A stretch of 64,000 nt of DNA from Bacilli bacterium. GTDB taxonomy: Bacteria; Bacillota_I; Bacilli_A; RFN20; CAG-826. Below the pieces are notes generated by a model. The model ran no database searches and was not told the DNA's origin. It was given only the letters and a program-made list of their open reading frames with translations. Position numbers and translations under genes: made by a program. The stretch is from positions 2,060 through 66,059 of the forward strand of contig JAKSUW010000003.1 of assembly GCA_024408565.1 (NCBI GenBank). The letters are read 5' to 3'. Below, piece by piece: positions 1 to 10,502 of this stretch; the first letter of the stretch is position 1, and each line of letters begins with the position of its first letter.

Positions 1-1
1 G

Positions 2-835
2 ATTGGCGCAAAAAAATATCTTTATATCCGAAAAAGAGTTTTCGATAAAGTTAAATCAACTTATGTTGATGTTTATAGCGATGATCTATACAACCTTTTA
101 GTGCGCAACAACAAAGTAGCGCGTGAATTAAGGAAACAAATTAGATTAATTGATCGGCAGTTAGCGGAGTTAGACTACTCATCTACTGAATTAAGTAGTA
201 AAGCGAAATTATGTATTGATTTTGCGAGAAAAAACCGCAACGTTATTATTTATGATCAAGCCATTCTAGAAGGCATTGCCACTACTTTTCCCGACACCGA
301 AGAAATTATTGAAAATGGAAGAATTAAAAACGCTTCGACAAATGATGTTCAAAAATTATTAAATTTGAAACACGCATGGGAATTTATTCTTGACGAAAAC
401 GTTTTGCAATCGCCAAGTGATTATGATTTATCTTCTTATGTGGCTAAATTAGTCAATGAAGGATTTTATCAAGAAGGCGGAAGAATCAGAGGAGTACCAG
501 TTAAGATTGGCGGGACTTCCTACATTCCACCACTTCCAATTGAACAATTGGTCAAAGAAGAATTTAACAAAATCTTAAGCCAAAAAATCGGCGCGATTGA
601 TATAGCGATTGAACTTTGCTTATACATCATGAAAACACAAGTATATAATGACGGAAATAAAAGAACCGCGGTAATTGTTGCTAATCATTATTTAATAGCA
701 AAAGGGATTGGTCTATTGATAATCGATGCCAAAAATGTATCTAAATTTAAAAAACTCTTAATTAATTTTTATGAAGGTACTGATGTAGTTAGTATAAAAA
801 AATTTCTCCATACTTGTGTCATGACTATCAAATAA
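2..835 (+). CDS. Fic/Doc (Fido) family protein, 5' end outside the window, core motif degenerate
   Basis: The frame of ORF 101..835 stays open back to nt 2 with no stop and no in-frame ATG, so the gene starts upstream of the window. KTQVYNDGNKRTAVIVANHYL aligns to the Fic/Doc core HxFx(D/E)(G/A)N(G/K)RxxR, but the first His is Gln and the last Arg is Val. Confidence 0.6.
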   Translation: MGAKKYLYIRKRVFDKVKSTYVDVYSDDLYNLLVRNNKVARELRKQIRLIDRQLAELDYSSTELSSKAKLCIDFARKNRNVIIYDQAILEGIATTFPDTEEIIENGRIKNASTNDVQKLLNLKHAWEFILDENVLQSPSDYDLSSYVAKLVNEGFYQEGGRIRGVPVKIGGTSYIPPLPIEQLVKEEFNKILSQKIGAIDIAIELCLYIMKTQVYNDGNKRTAVIVANHYLIAKGIGLLIIDAKNVSKFKKLLINFYEGTDVVSIKKFLHTCVMTIK

Positions 836-1035
836 ATTATTAAAGTCTATCAAATTATCAAGGAAAGCAATTTGCAAAAAATGCAAACTCCTAATTTTTG
901 ACAATGCTTTAGTCGCCCAACCTAAACCATTATTGCTAAGATAGTCGCTAGTCTTTTAAGCAAATAGATTAAGGTCCATTGTTCTGACCACTTTTTTGTT
1001 TAAAAGGTATATAATCTATATTTAGGAGAAGAACC

Positions 1036-1938
1036 ATGAACAAGTTTTTAAAACGTAATTTATTAGGCATGCCAATGATTTGTGCTATAGGCATTTTAGG
1101 CGTCATGTTAATTTCTATTTTAGTCGGATCGTTTTTAGATTTTGATATCGATGCTGCTTTATATAATAAAACCGTTATCGGTGATCATTTTGCGACTTAT
1201 GGATCAATTATTTCCTATTGTTTATATCCGGCAGCGGGCATGTGTTTATTTAAAGCTTTAAAAAAGAAAGGCGGGAATTATGTTTTCTTAGCCTGGGTAT
1301 TATTAGTAATTTCTGTGTTCGTAGCGGCTTATTCTTCCGATAATTATAACGGTGACAAATTAAGAAAAGTTCTTGGTGATTTTACCGGTGCATGGTTTGT
1401 TAGTGTCTTAATTTGGGTTCTTATTTATGCCTGGGTACCAGTTGCTTGTTATTTTATCATTGACGACACTCATCCCGAACGTTTAATTATGGTAGGCGCA
1501 ACGATTTTAGTGGCAGGAGTAATTAGCGATTGGGCCAACTCGTGGCTTAAACTATTAGCCTCACGGCCACGTTATTATTATTTACTTGAACAATTTCCGG
1601 GTCATGAACGAGAGCATTTTCGCAATTGGTGGGAATGGCTTCCATATACTGCTGGTAAGGAAGATGGTCTCAAGAGTTGGCCTAGTATCAATATGACGAT
1701 TGCGACGATGGCGTTTATGTATCCTTCATTAGTTAGTAATTTTAAAAAAACCAACAAGATGGTTGAATATATTGTCTTCGGTTTTGCTTGTGCATATGTT
1801 CTTCTTTATGGTTTTAACCGTATCCATATGGGTAAACATTCTTTAACCGATGTTGCCTTTGGTGCTTTATTTACTTATATAGTTTTTGCGTTTGTCTATC
1901 AAGGGTTTGATTTATCCTTGAAAAGAGCAAATAAGTAA
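1036..1938 (+). CDS. PAP2-family membrane phosphatase
   Basis: Multi-TM 300-aa protein. NRIHMGKHSLTDVAFG fits PAP2 motif 3 (SRx5Hx3D) and KLLASRPRY resembles motif 1. AGGAG lies 7 nt upstream of the ATG. Confidence 0.6.
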   Translation: MNKFLKRNLLGMPMICAIGILGVMLISILVGSFLDFDIDAALYNKTVIGDHFATYGSIISYCLYPAAGMCLFKALKKKGGNYVFLAWVLLVISVFVAAYSSDNYNGDKLRKVLGDFTGAWFVSVLIWVLIYAWVPVACYFIIDDTHPERLIMVGATILVAGVISDWANSWLKLLASRPRYYYLLEQFPGHEREHFRNWWEWLPYTAGKEDGLKSWPSINMTIATMAFMYPSLVSNFKKTNKMVEYIVFGFACAYVLLYGFNRIHMGKHSLTDVAFGALFTYIVFAFVYQGFDLSLKRANK

Positions 1939-2005
1939 CGAACGTTATTAATTTAAAAGTCTAGTTCTGGCTTTTTGTTTATCAATATAAATGGCTAGAC
2001 GCTAA

Positions 2006-2623
2006 TTATTTTACTTTTGGTAGTGGTGGAGTGACTTCTTTATAGGTGAATTGGTAAAAATGATCAAATCGTCCTTCATCCGTCCAATTGTGAAAATAAG
2101 AAACACGGTAGTTAACAAATTGGATTAAACTATATTCTTCATTTGAAAAATCAATACGGTATTCTTTTGTTTTGTCGTTGTAGATGAAGTCTTCATATTC
2201 TTTCTTATCTTCCTTAATCGGTTTGAGCAATTTTTCTGAATATTCACTAAGCACTCCAAAGTCGTATTGGGAAGCGGGCCATTGGCGAAATTCTCCATCC
2301 TTGCTATTGCGTTCATATTTATATTCGCTATCTTTTTCGATGTAGTATTCGTAGTATCCTGGTTGTTCGGTAATTTCGTGATAAACAGTGGGAGAAAACT
2401 CTCTATAGAGTGTTTGTGGCTGACTAGTTTCTTGGACTTGTAAATATTTAACGCCTTTTAGCTCTAGTGCATCCCATAATTGTTGTTTATTTACAGTGTA
2501 AACAATTGATTTATTACAACTAGTAAGCGTTGAAATAATTATCAATGGCGCAAATAAAAGAGTTAATCGGTCTTTATAAAACGCTAATAATGAATCGGTT
2601 CTTCCTTTCATAAATAATCTCAC
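2006..2623 (-). CDS. hypothetical lipoprotein
   Basis: Signal peptide ends in the lipobox LTSC (IIISTLTSCNKS). No catalytic motif recognised. The start could be the second Met (MKGRT). Confidence 0.6.
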   Translation of the reverse strand: MRLFMKGRTDSLLAFYKDRLTLLFAPLIIISTLTSCNKSIVYTVNKQQLWDALELKGVKYLQVQETSQPQTLYREFSPTVYHEITEQPGYYEYYIEKDSEYKYERNSKDGEFRQWPASQYDFGVLSEYSEKLLKPIKEDKKEYEDFIYNDKTKEYRIDFSNEEYSLIQFVNYRVSYFHNWTDEGRFDHFYQFTYKEVTPPLPKVK

Positions 2624-2669
2624 TAAGAAAATTATATAACAAAAGTAATTAGTAATGGCGTTATATAAA

Positions 2670-3770
2670 TTAACTTAACTTTTGGGTTAATTTAAATTCG
2701 ACATCGCTTTTATATTGACTAGCGCTACTGACGCTTGCTAATTTCTTAATCACTTTCGTGGTCGCGTTCGTCTCATCTAATAGTTCGGCTAATTTATTAG
2801 CATCCACGCCATCATAGTTATAACGAAGAAGCATCTTCTTCGCCTTTTTATCGTATTTGACCGCTATTCGAATAATAAATTTCCTCTCCGCCGCTTTAAG
2901 TAAAACGGAGTTAAATGTTTCATCAAGTAATTGAATCATCGTGGTAATCGTTTTCTTACCAATATAGTTCGCGTTTAAGAAGGCGAGCATTGATTTATTA
3001 ATGGCTTTGTAATCATAGGAACGATCCATAATTTGGTAATCCCAACTTTGAGTATGGAAAATAAATTCTTTGGTCCGTTCGTTCTTCGGATGTTCAAAAA
3101 TTTGATTAGGCGTTCCTTCTTCACAAACCATCCCATCATCCACAAAGACGACCCGAGTGGAAACTTTCTTAGCGAAGTCTTTTTCGTGGGTAACGATAAG
3201 AATGGTGATACCGGTTTTCGCTAAACTAGTAATTACATTTAAAACTTCTAAGACCAGCGACGAGTCAAGAGCGCTCGTGGGTTCATCAAAAAGAATTACT
3301 TCTGGATCCATCGCGAGGGTCCGCGCAATCGCAATCCGTTGTTTTTGCCCGCCACTTAATTCATCAGGATAGGCAAAACGTTTATCATATAAGTCCACCT
3401 GGCGTAATAATTTAACCGCTTTATCGTAAGCTTCTTGGCGACTCCGTTTTAACAAGGTGATTTGTGGTTTCATGACGTTTTCAATCACTGAATAATGATT
3501 GAAGAGGTTAAAGTTTTGAAACACCATCCCAACCTTCCGGCGGTAGAGTGCTTTTTTAAAGCGCCGGGCCAGAATGTTTTGTCCTTTATAAAGGATTTCT
3601 CCACCGGTGGGTGTCTCGAGTAAATTAATACAACGGAGCAAAGTTGATTTACCAGTACCCGATGGACCAATAATCGAAATAACCTCTCCTTGGTTAATCT
3701 TAAGATTAATATCTCTTAATGGAGTGTATTGGCCATACTTCTTATGTAAATGTTTAATCTCAATTATCAT
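2670..3770 (-). CDS. polar amino-acid ABC transporter ATP-binding protein with an extra C-terminal domain of about 130 aa
   Basis: Walker [10 protein letters not shown], signature LSGGQKQR and Walker [12 protein letters not shown] (GlnQ/ArtP-like). The canonical cassette ends near aa 236 of 366. Confidence 0.85.
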   Translation of the reverse strand: MIIEIKHLHKKYGQYTPLRDINLKINQGEVISIIGPSGTGKSTLLRCINLLETPTGGEILYKGQNILARRFKKALYRRKVGMVFQNFNLFNHYSVIENVMKPQITLLKRSRQEAYDKAVKLLRQVDLYDKRFAYPDELSGGQKQRIAIARTLAMDPEVILFDEPTSALDSSLVLEVLNVITSLAKTGITILIVTHEKDFAKKVSTRVVFVDDGMVCEEGTPNQIFEHPKNERTKEFIFHTQSWDYQIMDRSYDYKAINKSMLAFLNANYIGKKTITTMIQLLDETFNSVLLKAAERKFIIRIAVKYDKKAKKMLLRYNYDGVDANKLAELLDETNATTKVIKKLASVSSASQYKSDVEFKLTQKLS

Positions 3771-6183
3771 CGGTCTTTATCCCTCGTATAATCCGTTTTT
3801 GACTCCGGTGTTTTGGATCGGTGGAGAAGTTAATGCGGTTGACAATAAATTCAAAGACAAGCGCAAAGAGAATATAAATAATTGCTACGGCAATTAATGG
3901 GAAGAAGGCTTCGAAGGTTTGGTTACGAATAATATCGGCAATCTTGGTTAAATCTTGGACCGCGACATAACCAACAATTGAAGTTGATTTAATTAAAGAA
4001 GTAATCGCGGACTTATAACCGGGTAAAGACTGTTTCGCCGCTTGGGGTAAGATAATCTTCATAAAGGTGGTCCGCCGTTTATAACCTAATGCGGTCGCAG
4101 CTTCTTCTTGCCCTTTATCAACGGTAGCAACGCCTTGTCCTAGTAAGGAAAATACTGAACAGGCAAATAAAAGCGAGAAGACAACCATGGAGACAATTAA
4201 TCCTTCAATTTGGACATTCCTAAAGATAACGTAGAAGAAGATCATGAGAGTAACAACTTCAGGGAGTCCAGTTAATAGCCACGACACGGCGCCTAAGAGC
4301 TTATCAAGTAGTTTTAAGTTCGTCGCTCTTAATAATAAGAAGACTAAGAAGCCAATGATTGTACCACCTGCAATCGAGGCAATCACAATTAAGAAGGTAT
4401 TAAGAATACCTTGTAAGAATAACTTATACCGCCCTTCTTCAATAAACGTCGAGTAGAAAGCATCAACAATTTTTTGCCAAAAACTGCGGTTATCAGAGAA
4501 GGTCTTGTTTAAGACCACGCCAATTACTTTGCTTTCTGAAGTGGGGGTAGAGAAAACAATGCCACTAGTGGTAACGCCAGTTAAAGAACCGCCACCAATA
4601 GAAAGTCCTGTATCGTCGGTTGTCACTTTACTAATGACGGTATCAAACCCAGCTTCTTTTTCCTCCTTGATGTTATAGCCACACTTCTTAGCGAATAACC
4701 TAAGCAAATCAATTTCATATCCAGAGAATTCCTTTTTTTCAGGGCTATAGTAATCATATGGTAAAGAATCTGCCGGTGTGTAATAAACAAGCTGTTCACC
4801 ATTAGGGTTATATGGTAAAGGTTCGACTTGTGGTAGATTTTTCGCATTATCTAGACTCAGCCATTTATGCTGTAAAGCCTTTATTTCTTCTTGATTTTTT
4901 TCATCTTCGAAGAACACATTAAATTTTTCACAAATTTTTCTACCGGTTGCGTTGCTATTAAATGCAAATGATGTAGACGCCGTAATCTCTTTAGGAAAAC
5001 TATCGAACAGTGCTTTGAAATCTTCGCCGAGCAAATTGGCCTCAACTTCTGTGGTAAAGAAGGCGTCGATTTTATTAGAACGAGCAGCGACGATACAATC
5101 GGTGGTTGAGTTATAAACATAGTATTGAGCGTTAGGTAATTCATTTTTCACATCATTAGCGAATAATGAGTTAGGTTTAATGCCAATGCGTCGATTGTAA
5201 TTATTTAATTGACTGAGACTATGGATTTGATCATCAGGAGTCTTAACGACAAAACGCACACCGTTAACGTCAAGAACGGGATTAGAAGACAAAAGATAAT
5301 AGGCATACGGATATGGATCGTATTGCATCCATTCGCTATGATAGGGTATGCAACCCATCAATAAGCAGACTGATCTATCTGTTTCAGTTTTATCAGACAT
5401 TATTTCGGCAAATTTGTTAATAATGTTGTCTTTCGCGCCATCAAGTTTTATGTAATTTTTAATAGTGTATATATGGTCGTCATCTTCATGTTCTCTTCCG
5501 TTTAAATAGTTAATCGCGTTGATTAATACATCATATTCGTAGCCGGTTAGTTTTTCATTACCAACCTCATCCTTCGCCACATAGCACATTGGTTCGCAAT
5601 TTACGTCGCAGTAAATCGTCAATTCGGTGTCATAGCCAGTGTCATTTAATGATGTTAGTGTTTTGTCACTATTTACGTCGAACCACTTAGTCTTTAATGA
5701 TTGAAGCGTTTGTGTCGTATTAAGATAATCGATAGCAATCTTTAAATCATTTTCGATTGGATATGGTTCGTCATTATTACGATCACGAAAAAAAGTATAA
5801 GCATAGCCTATGTCGTTCTCATCAAAATACGGGCGGACTAATTCATTGATACTTGTTATATTAGGAGAATTATTAACGAGACGTTCGGCAATAGGATAAT
5901 CGGCAATAAAACCATCCAGGTTTCCACTTTTGACATCCTCGATAGCAGCCTTATGGCCTTCGTCACTATCATCGTATTTATTCCAATGTGGGAATATAAA
6001 TTTTCTCGATTGTTGGGCCACTTCCTTATCGGATTTATTGAAATAACCAATTTCAGCGTCGTGGTAGTCAGCGATTTCATTTTTCGCTTTTGTGCGTGTA
6101 CAACTAGTAAGCCCAAATAAAATAGGTGTAGCAGCAAATATCGATAAAAGGAAGAACGCGTTTTTTTTCTTGGCCTTTTTCAT
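3760..6183 (-). CDS. fused lipoprotein substrate-binding domain(s) plus amino-acid ABC permease
   Basis: N-terminal lipobox GLTSC, a long extracytoplasmic region with solute-binding-protein-like segments, and a C-terminal TM domain with an EAA-type loop ([23 protein letters not shown]). It overlaps the ATPase gene by 11 nt. Confidence 0.8.
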   Translation of the reverse strand: MKKAKKKNAFFLLSIFAATPILFGLTSCTRTKAKNEIADYHDAEIGYFNKSDKEVAQQSRKFIFPHWNKYDDSDEGHKAAIEDVKSGNLDGFIADYPIAERLVNNSPNITSINELVRPYFDENDIGYAYTFFRDRNNDEPYPIENDLKIAIDYLNTTQTLQSLKTKWFDVNSDKTLTSLNDTGYDTELTIYCDVNCEPMCYVAKDEVGNEKLTGYEYDVLINAINYLNGREHEDDDHIYTIKNYIKLDGAKDNIINKFAEIMSDKTETDRSVCLLMGCIPYHSEWMQYDPYPYAYYLLSSNPVLDVNGVRFVVKTPDDQIHSLSQLNNYNRRIGIKPNSLFANDVKNELPNAQYYVYNSTTDCIVAARSNKIDAFFTTEVEANLLGEDFKALFDSFPKEITASTSFAFNSNATGRKICEKFNVFFEDEKNQEEIKALQHKWLSLDNAKNLPQVEPLPYNPNGEQLVYYTPADSLPYDYYSPEKKEFSGYEIDLLRLFAKKCGYNIKEEKEAGFDTVISKVTTDDTGLSIGGGSLTGVTTSGIVFSTPTSESKVIGVVLNKTFSDNRSFWQKIVDAFYSTFIEEGRYKLFLQGILNTFLIVIASIAGGTIIGFLVFLLLRATNLKLLDKLLGAVSWLLTGLPEVVTLMIFFYVIFRNVQIEGLIVSMVVFSLLFACSVFSLLGQGVATVDKGQEEAATALGYKRRTTFMKIILPQAAKQSLPGYKSAITSLIKSTSIVGYVAVQDLTKIADIIRNQTFEAFFPLIAVAIIYILFALVFEFIVNRINFSTDPKHRSQKRIIRGIKTDDN

Positions 6184-6252
6184 ACTGTCATTATTTTAAA
6201 ATAAAAGGCGATAAATGTAAATTTTAAATAACATATTTAAAAAAGGGCTTTT

Positions 6253-6281
6253 TTGATACCGTATAAAGATTTTGCTATAAT
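6253..6281 (+). promoter_or_regulatory. sigma-70-type promoter (TTGATA-N17-TATAAT, with TGc upstream of the -10) placed 6 nt before the GTG start
   Basis: TTGATA 6253-6258, 17-nt spacer, TATAAT 6276-6281, then CAAATC, then GTG at 6288. There is no Shine-Dalgarno. Confidence 0.55.
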
Positions 6282-6287
6282 CAAATC

Positions 6288-7112
6288 GTGAAAAAGGTTG
6301 CTAAAATTATTCCACTTCTTTCTGGCCTATTGTTTTGTTTTGCTTGTGGCAATAATAATCCAGATCCGGGGCCGATTGATTGCAAAGATTTATGTTTTAC
6401 CGCTGTTGGAAGCAATGCCGAAATTGAATGGGCAACTACTGACGATGGGCTTACTTCGCAACTAGAGCAAACTATTCAAATTTCTATCGATGGGCGCGAT
6501 TGGCATACTTGGGATGGTAGCTCCGGGACTGCCGGATTTATTTTCCCGATGGGCGCTGGTGAAAAATTTTATATTCGCAATACTAGCGAAACTTTGTCGT
6601 CATCTGCATCTGAATATTTTTATTTTATAACGCCAGAATCTTCTCTCGACAAGTGGAACGTAAGTGGTGATATTCGCAGTCTAGTAAATTACACTGAAGA
6701 GATAAAACCATATAGTTTTTATAGTTTGTTCAAGAGACCGGATTATTCTGATGGATGTAGCATTATTGATGCTTCGGAATTATTACTTCCATATACTAAG
6801 CTTTCCGAAGGGTGTTATCAAAATATGTTTGCGAATTGTAGTTATCTTATTGGCGCTCCCCAATTGCCTGCTACTCAATTAGAGGATTCGTGTTATGAAA
6901 GCATGTTCCAGGGTTGTCATAGTCTAAACATATTTACTTCAGAAGTCAGTGGAGCAATAAAGTTTTTGGAAACTCCTGCGGAGATTCAACCCGAATCCTC
7001 TGTTTCTCACATGTTTGATTATTGCGGTGGAGATGTGGGACACGACATTTTTGAAGTTCTACCTGGACAGTCATATTATTACAAATACCAACCAGGTCCG
7101 TACGGACAATAA
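6288..7112 (+). CDS. surface lipoprotein with DUF285/BspA-like CYxxMFxxC repeats
   Basis: Lipobox LFCFAC. The C-terminal repeats CYQNMFANCSYL and CYESMFQGCHSL match the motif repeated in ORF 62178..63929. Confidence 0.7.
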   Translation: MKKVAKIIPLLSGLLFCFACGNNNPDPGPIDCKDLCFTAVGSNAEIEWATTDDGLTSQLEQTIQISIDGRDWHTWDGSSGTAGFIFPMGAGEKFYIRNTSETLSSSASEYFYFITPESSLDKWNVSGDIRSLVNYTEEIKPYSFYSLFKRPDYSDGCSIIDASELLLPYTKLSEGCYQNMFANCSYLIGAPQLPATQLEDSCYESMFQGCHSLNIFTSEVSGAIKFLETPAEIQPESSVSHMFDYCGGDVGHDIFEVLPGQSYYYKYQPGPYGQ

Positions 7113-7117
7113 TCTAT

Positions 7118-8524
7118 TTATTTAATAAAGCGTTTTAAGAAGTCTTTCTTTTTTTTGTTATATGGGTGTTGCCGCATTGGTAAATTTAATTTTGTTTTAC
7201 CAAATAAAACGGTGGATGGGTGGGTGAATTCTCTAAAGCCCCAGACACCATGATAGCAACCCATACCCGAGTGACCAGTGCCACCAAAAGGTGCACCTTT
7301 AACCACCATATGCATGATGACTTCGTTTACGCAGCCACCGCCATATTGTTGAGTGGACATGGTTTTTCTTGCCCAACTCATATCCTTCGTAAATAAATAT
7401 AAGGCTAAGCCATGTTCACGACGGGCAATCGTGTTTAGTAATTGATCAACTTCATTATCTTTATAGGTAACGATTGGAAGTAAGGGTGAGAAGAGTTCGT
7501 GATTCACGATCTTTTCGTCAATCTTCACTGGATAGATAATCGTGGGGCTATATTTACAAGTTTCGGGATCCCCTTCGCCACCAAAGACAATGCGGTCACG
7601 ATATTCTTCCGCTTCTTTGGCGCAGTAATCATAAGCGCCCCGGGTGATAAGTTTTGCGTATTCCGGATTTTTAAACGCTTGCTCACCAATTTGACTAATG
7701 AACGCTTGCTTTAAGACTTTAATAAATTTATCCGCGACTTCTTCCGCCACGGCAATTTGGTTAATGTTGATACAAATTTGACCGCTGTTACAAATCTTAA
7801 AGAAGGCAATCTTCTTCGCCGCATCTAATAAATCAGCGTCTTTCCGAATAATGCACCAGTTCCCGGTTTCGCCACCTAACTCTAAAGTAACCGGGGTTAA
7901 ATTCTTCGCCGCGCATTCCATTACGTGAATACCAATCCGGGGAGAACCAGTATAGAAAATCTTATCGAAGCGTTCGTTTAAACAGAAGTCAGCGACATCG
8001 TGACCTCCATCAACCACGGTAATATATTGTTCTGGGAAGGTCGCCGCAATAATTTTTTGTAAACAAGCGGTTGAGGCTTTTGATTTACTTGAACATTTAA
8101 TGACCGCGGTGTTACCACCAGCAATGGCGGGGATTAAAACACCAACGGATAATAAGAACGGAAAGTTAAATGGCGCCACGATTAAAGAAACACCATAAGG
8201 CATCTTATAGATTTTAGTCGTGGCGGAAGGGAAACACGCAACCCCAGAAAGTAGGCGTTCGGGGCGTGCCCATTTCTTTAGTCCACGGATTGTTTCGTCT
8301 AATTCGAGGATAACTGGTCCAATATCACATAAGTAGGCTTCCGTATCACAGCGACCTAAATCTTCGTGTAAGGCTTGTTCAATCTCACTTTGATATTTAA
8401 TGAGCATATTTTTTAACTTGAGTAACTGTGCTTTCCGAAAGGCAATACTTAAAGTTTTACCGGTTAAAAAATATTCTCTTTGTTTTGTGACTAGCGCGTG
8501 AACGCTTTCTTTACTCCATTCCAT
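7118..8524 (-). CDS. NAD(P)-dependent aldehyde dehydrogenase (class-3-like)
   Basis: ALDH hallmarks: ELGGE block and the catalytic Cys context FKICNSGQICI. Length is 468 aa. Confidence 0.8.
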   Translation of the reverse strand: MEWSKESVHALVTKQREYFLTGKTLSIAFRKAQLLKLKNMLIKYQSEIEQALHEDLGRCDTEAYLCDIGPVILELDETIRGLKKWARPERLLSGVACFPSATTKIYKMPYGVSLIVAPFNFPFLLSVGVLIPAIAGGNTAVIKCSSKSKASTACLQKIIAATFPEQYITVVDGGHDVADFCLNERFDKIFYTGSPRIGIHVMECAAKNLTPVTLELGGETGNWCIIRKDADLLDAAKKIAFFKICNSGQICININQIAVAEEVADKFIKVLKQAFISQIGEQAFKNPEYAKLITRGAYDYCAKEAEEYRDRIVFGGEGDPETCKYSPTIIYPVKIDEKIVNHELFSPLLPIVTYKDNEVDQLLNTIARREHGLALYLFTKDMSWARKTMSTQQYGGGCVNEVIMHMVVKGAPFGGTGHSGMGCYHGVWGFREFTHPSTVLFGKTKLNLPMRQHPYNKKKKDFLKRFIK

Positions 8525-8607
8525 AAAAAAATACCTCTTGTTTAATTATACTGATAAGTAACACTAAATAAAAGAAAAAGCACTGTATACAGTGCTATAA
8601 TGCTAAT

Positions 8608-8681
8608 TGGAGCAGGTGACGGGAATCGGACCCGCATAACTACCTTGGCAAGGTAGTGTTCTACCACTGAACTACACCTGC
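8608..8681 (-). tRNA. tRNA-Gly (anticodon GCC)
   Basis: Reverse complement GCAGGTG...CTACC-TTGCCAA-GGTAG...CACCTGC-T-CCA forms a cloverleaf with a perfect 7-bp acceptor stem and an encoded CCA. Confidence 0.9.
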
Positions 8682-8741
8682 AAATTGAGTGCCGTATTAT
8701 TATAAATAAACTAAAATCAGTATTCAAGTTAAAATAAATGT

Positions 8742-10406
8742 ATGGACAAACTAGTTGAATTAGCGGAATTAATGTTTCCCAAGATTAAAGAAACGATTGG
8801 GGATTTAGAGGCTAAATACCCGCCCCGGAATTTAATTCCGTCCGCAGAAGTGACGCGTTTTGCGCCATCCCCAACCGGCTATCTTCATACCGGAAGTCTA
8901 TTTACTTCGCTGGTGAGTTATTCATTAGCGAAATCCAGTAAAGGCGTCTTTTTTCTTCGCCTAGAAGATACCGACACCAAACGCGAAATTAAAGGTGCGG
9001 GGGAAATGTTACTCCGTGAATTAAAGAATTTTAAGATTGTGCCCGATGAAGGCTATGCGGGTGATGATGTTGATAAAGGGATCTTAGGTCCTTATATGCA
9101 ATCCCGCCGGGCCAAGATTTATAAAATTGTTATTAAAGAATTAGTGAAAAAAGGTTTAGCCTATCCGTGCTTTTGTACGCCAGAAGAATTAGAAGAAATT
9201 CGTGAGGTTCAAGAAGCGAGTAAACAAATCCCGGGTTATTATGGTAGCTACGCTAAATGTCGCTATTTAACTCCGGACGAAGCAATTAACCTTATTAAAA
9301 GTGGGAAACCTTATGTTGTCCGGTTTAAAAGTCATGGTAACCATAATAACAAGATTCGGGTCCATGACGAAATTCGGGGTGATATTGATATCGCTGAGAA
9401 CGATATTGATGTCGTCATCTTAAAAAGTGATGGTTTACCAACTTATCACTTCGCGCACGTCGTCGATGATCACTTTATGGGAACGACCACGGTCACTAGA
9501 GGTGAAGAATGGATATCATCTTTACCAATTCATGTCGAAATGTTTAAGGCACTTAATTGGCGGCTACCTAAATACGCGCATCTCCCCTTAATCCAAAAAC
9601 TTGATAATGGCAATAAACGGAAATTAAGTAAACGAAAAGATCCAGAAGCGGCGGTGAACTTCTTCTTTGAACAAGGCTATCCCGTTGAAGGCGTATTAAT
9701 TTACTTAATGAGTATCGCTAATTCTAACTTTGAACAATGGACGCTTGAAAATAAATCATTTGATTTAAGTAAATTTAAATTCTCTTTAAGTAAGATGAGC
9801 CTTGATGGCGCCTTATTTGATTTAAATAAATTAGCCTATTTTGCGAAAGAATTCTTAGCCACTCTCTCCGCGCAAGAGATGAGTAAGCGGGCACTTGAGT
9901 ACGCGAATAAATATCAACCCGCTTTAGCGGATTTAATTAAACGCGACGAAATCTATTTCACTAAAATCATGAATATTGAACGTGATAAAGAAAACCCAAG
10001 AAAAGACTATGCGAAGTTCTCGGATATTTATCCGATTGTTCGTTTCTTCTATGATGATGAATATCAAAAGATTATTCAAAATGGTTATCCATTTAATCCG
10101 AATATTAAGCGTGAATTAATCGCCCAAGTTCTTACTGACTTTATCAAGAGTAATGATTATTCGTTAAACGAAGCGGATTGGTTTAACACACTTAAAGCGT
10201 TAGGCGAAAAATATGGCTTTGCGGCGAACCGGAAAGATTATAAAGCAAATCCTAGTCAATACGTTGGGATGGTGAGTGATGTAGCGGAAATGCTTCGGAT
10301 TGCCTTAACAGGCAATAAAAATTCGCCGAACCTTTATTATATCCTCCACATTTTAAGTAAAGAAACTATCGAAAATAGAATTAAAAAAGCAATTAGCGTA
10401 AAATAA
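8742..10406 (+). CDS. gltX: glutamate--tRNA ligase
   Basis: Class I HIGH motif (PSPTGYLHTGSL) and KMSKS motif (KLSKRK), with a GluRS-like catalytic core. 554 aa. Confidence 0.85.
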   Translation: MDKLVELAELMFPKIKETIGDLEAKYPPRNLIPSAEVTRFAPSPTGYLHTGSLFTSLVSYSLAKSSKGVFFLRLEDTDTKREIKGAGEMLLRELKNFKIVPDEGYAGDDVDKGILGPYMQSRRAKIYKIVIKELVKKGLAYPCFCTPEELEEIREVQEASKQIPGYYGSYAKCRYLTPDEAINLIKSGKPYVVRFKSHGNHNNKIRVHDEIRGDIDIAENDIDVVILKSDGLPTYHFAHVVDDHFMGTTTVTRGEEWISSLPIHVEMFKALNWRLPKYAHLPLIQKLDNGNKRKLSKRKDPEAAVNFFFEQGYPVEGVLIYLMSIANSNFEQWTLENKSFDLSKFKFSLSKMSLDGALFDLNKLAYFAKEFLATLSAQEMSKRALEYANKYQPALADLIKRDEIYFTKIMNIERDKENPRKDYAKFSDIYPIVRFFYDDEYQKIIQNGYPFNPNIKRELIAQVLTDFIKSNDYSLNEADWFNTLKALGEKYGFAANRKDYKANPSQYVGMVSDVAEMLRIALTGNKNSPNLYYILHILSKETIENRIKKAISVK

Positions 10407-10414
10407 TATTACCC

Positions 10415-10490
10415 GGTCCCATGGTCAAGCGGTTCAAGACGCAACCCTCTCAAGGTTGAATCACGGGTTCGATTCCCGTTGGGATCACCA
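10415..10490 (+). tRNA. tRNA-Glu (anticodon CTC)
   Basis: GGTCCCA...CAACC-CTCTCAA-GGTTG...TGGGATC-A-CCA. 76 nt, TTCGATT T-loop, encoded CCA. Confidence 0.85.
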
Positions 10491-10502
10491 AGTTACTAAT
10501 TT

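Noticed and set aside
8542-8727. A 61-aa ORF overlapping tRNA-Gly
   Set aside because: It is read through a tRNA gene, so it is an artefact.
8682-8741. A T-box leader upstream of gltX
   Set aside because: Only about 60 nt separate the tRNA-Gly gene from the gltX start. That is far too short for a T-box, and no specifier or T-box sequence is seen.
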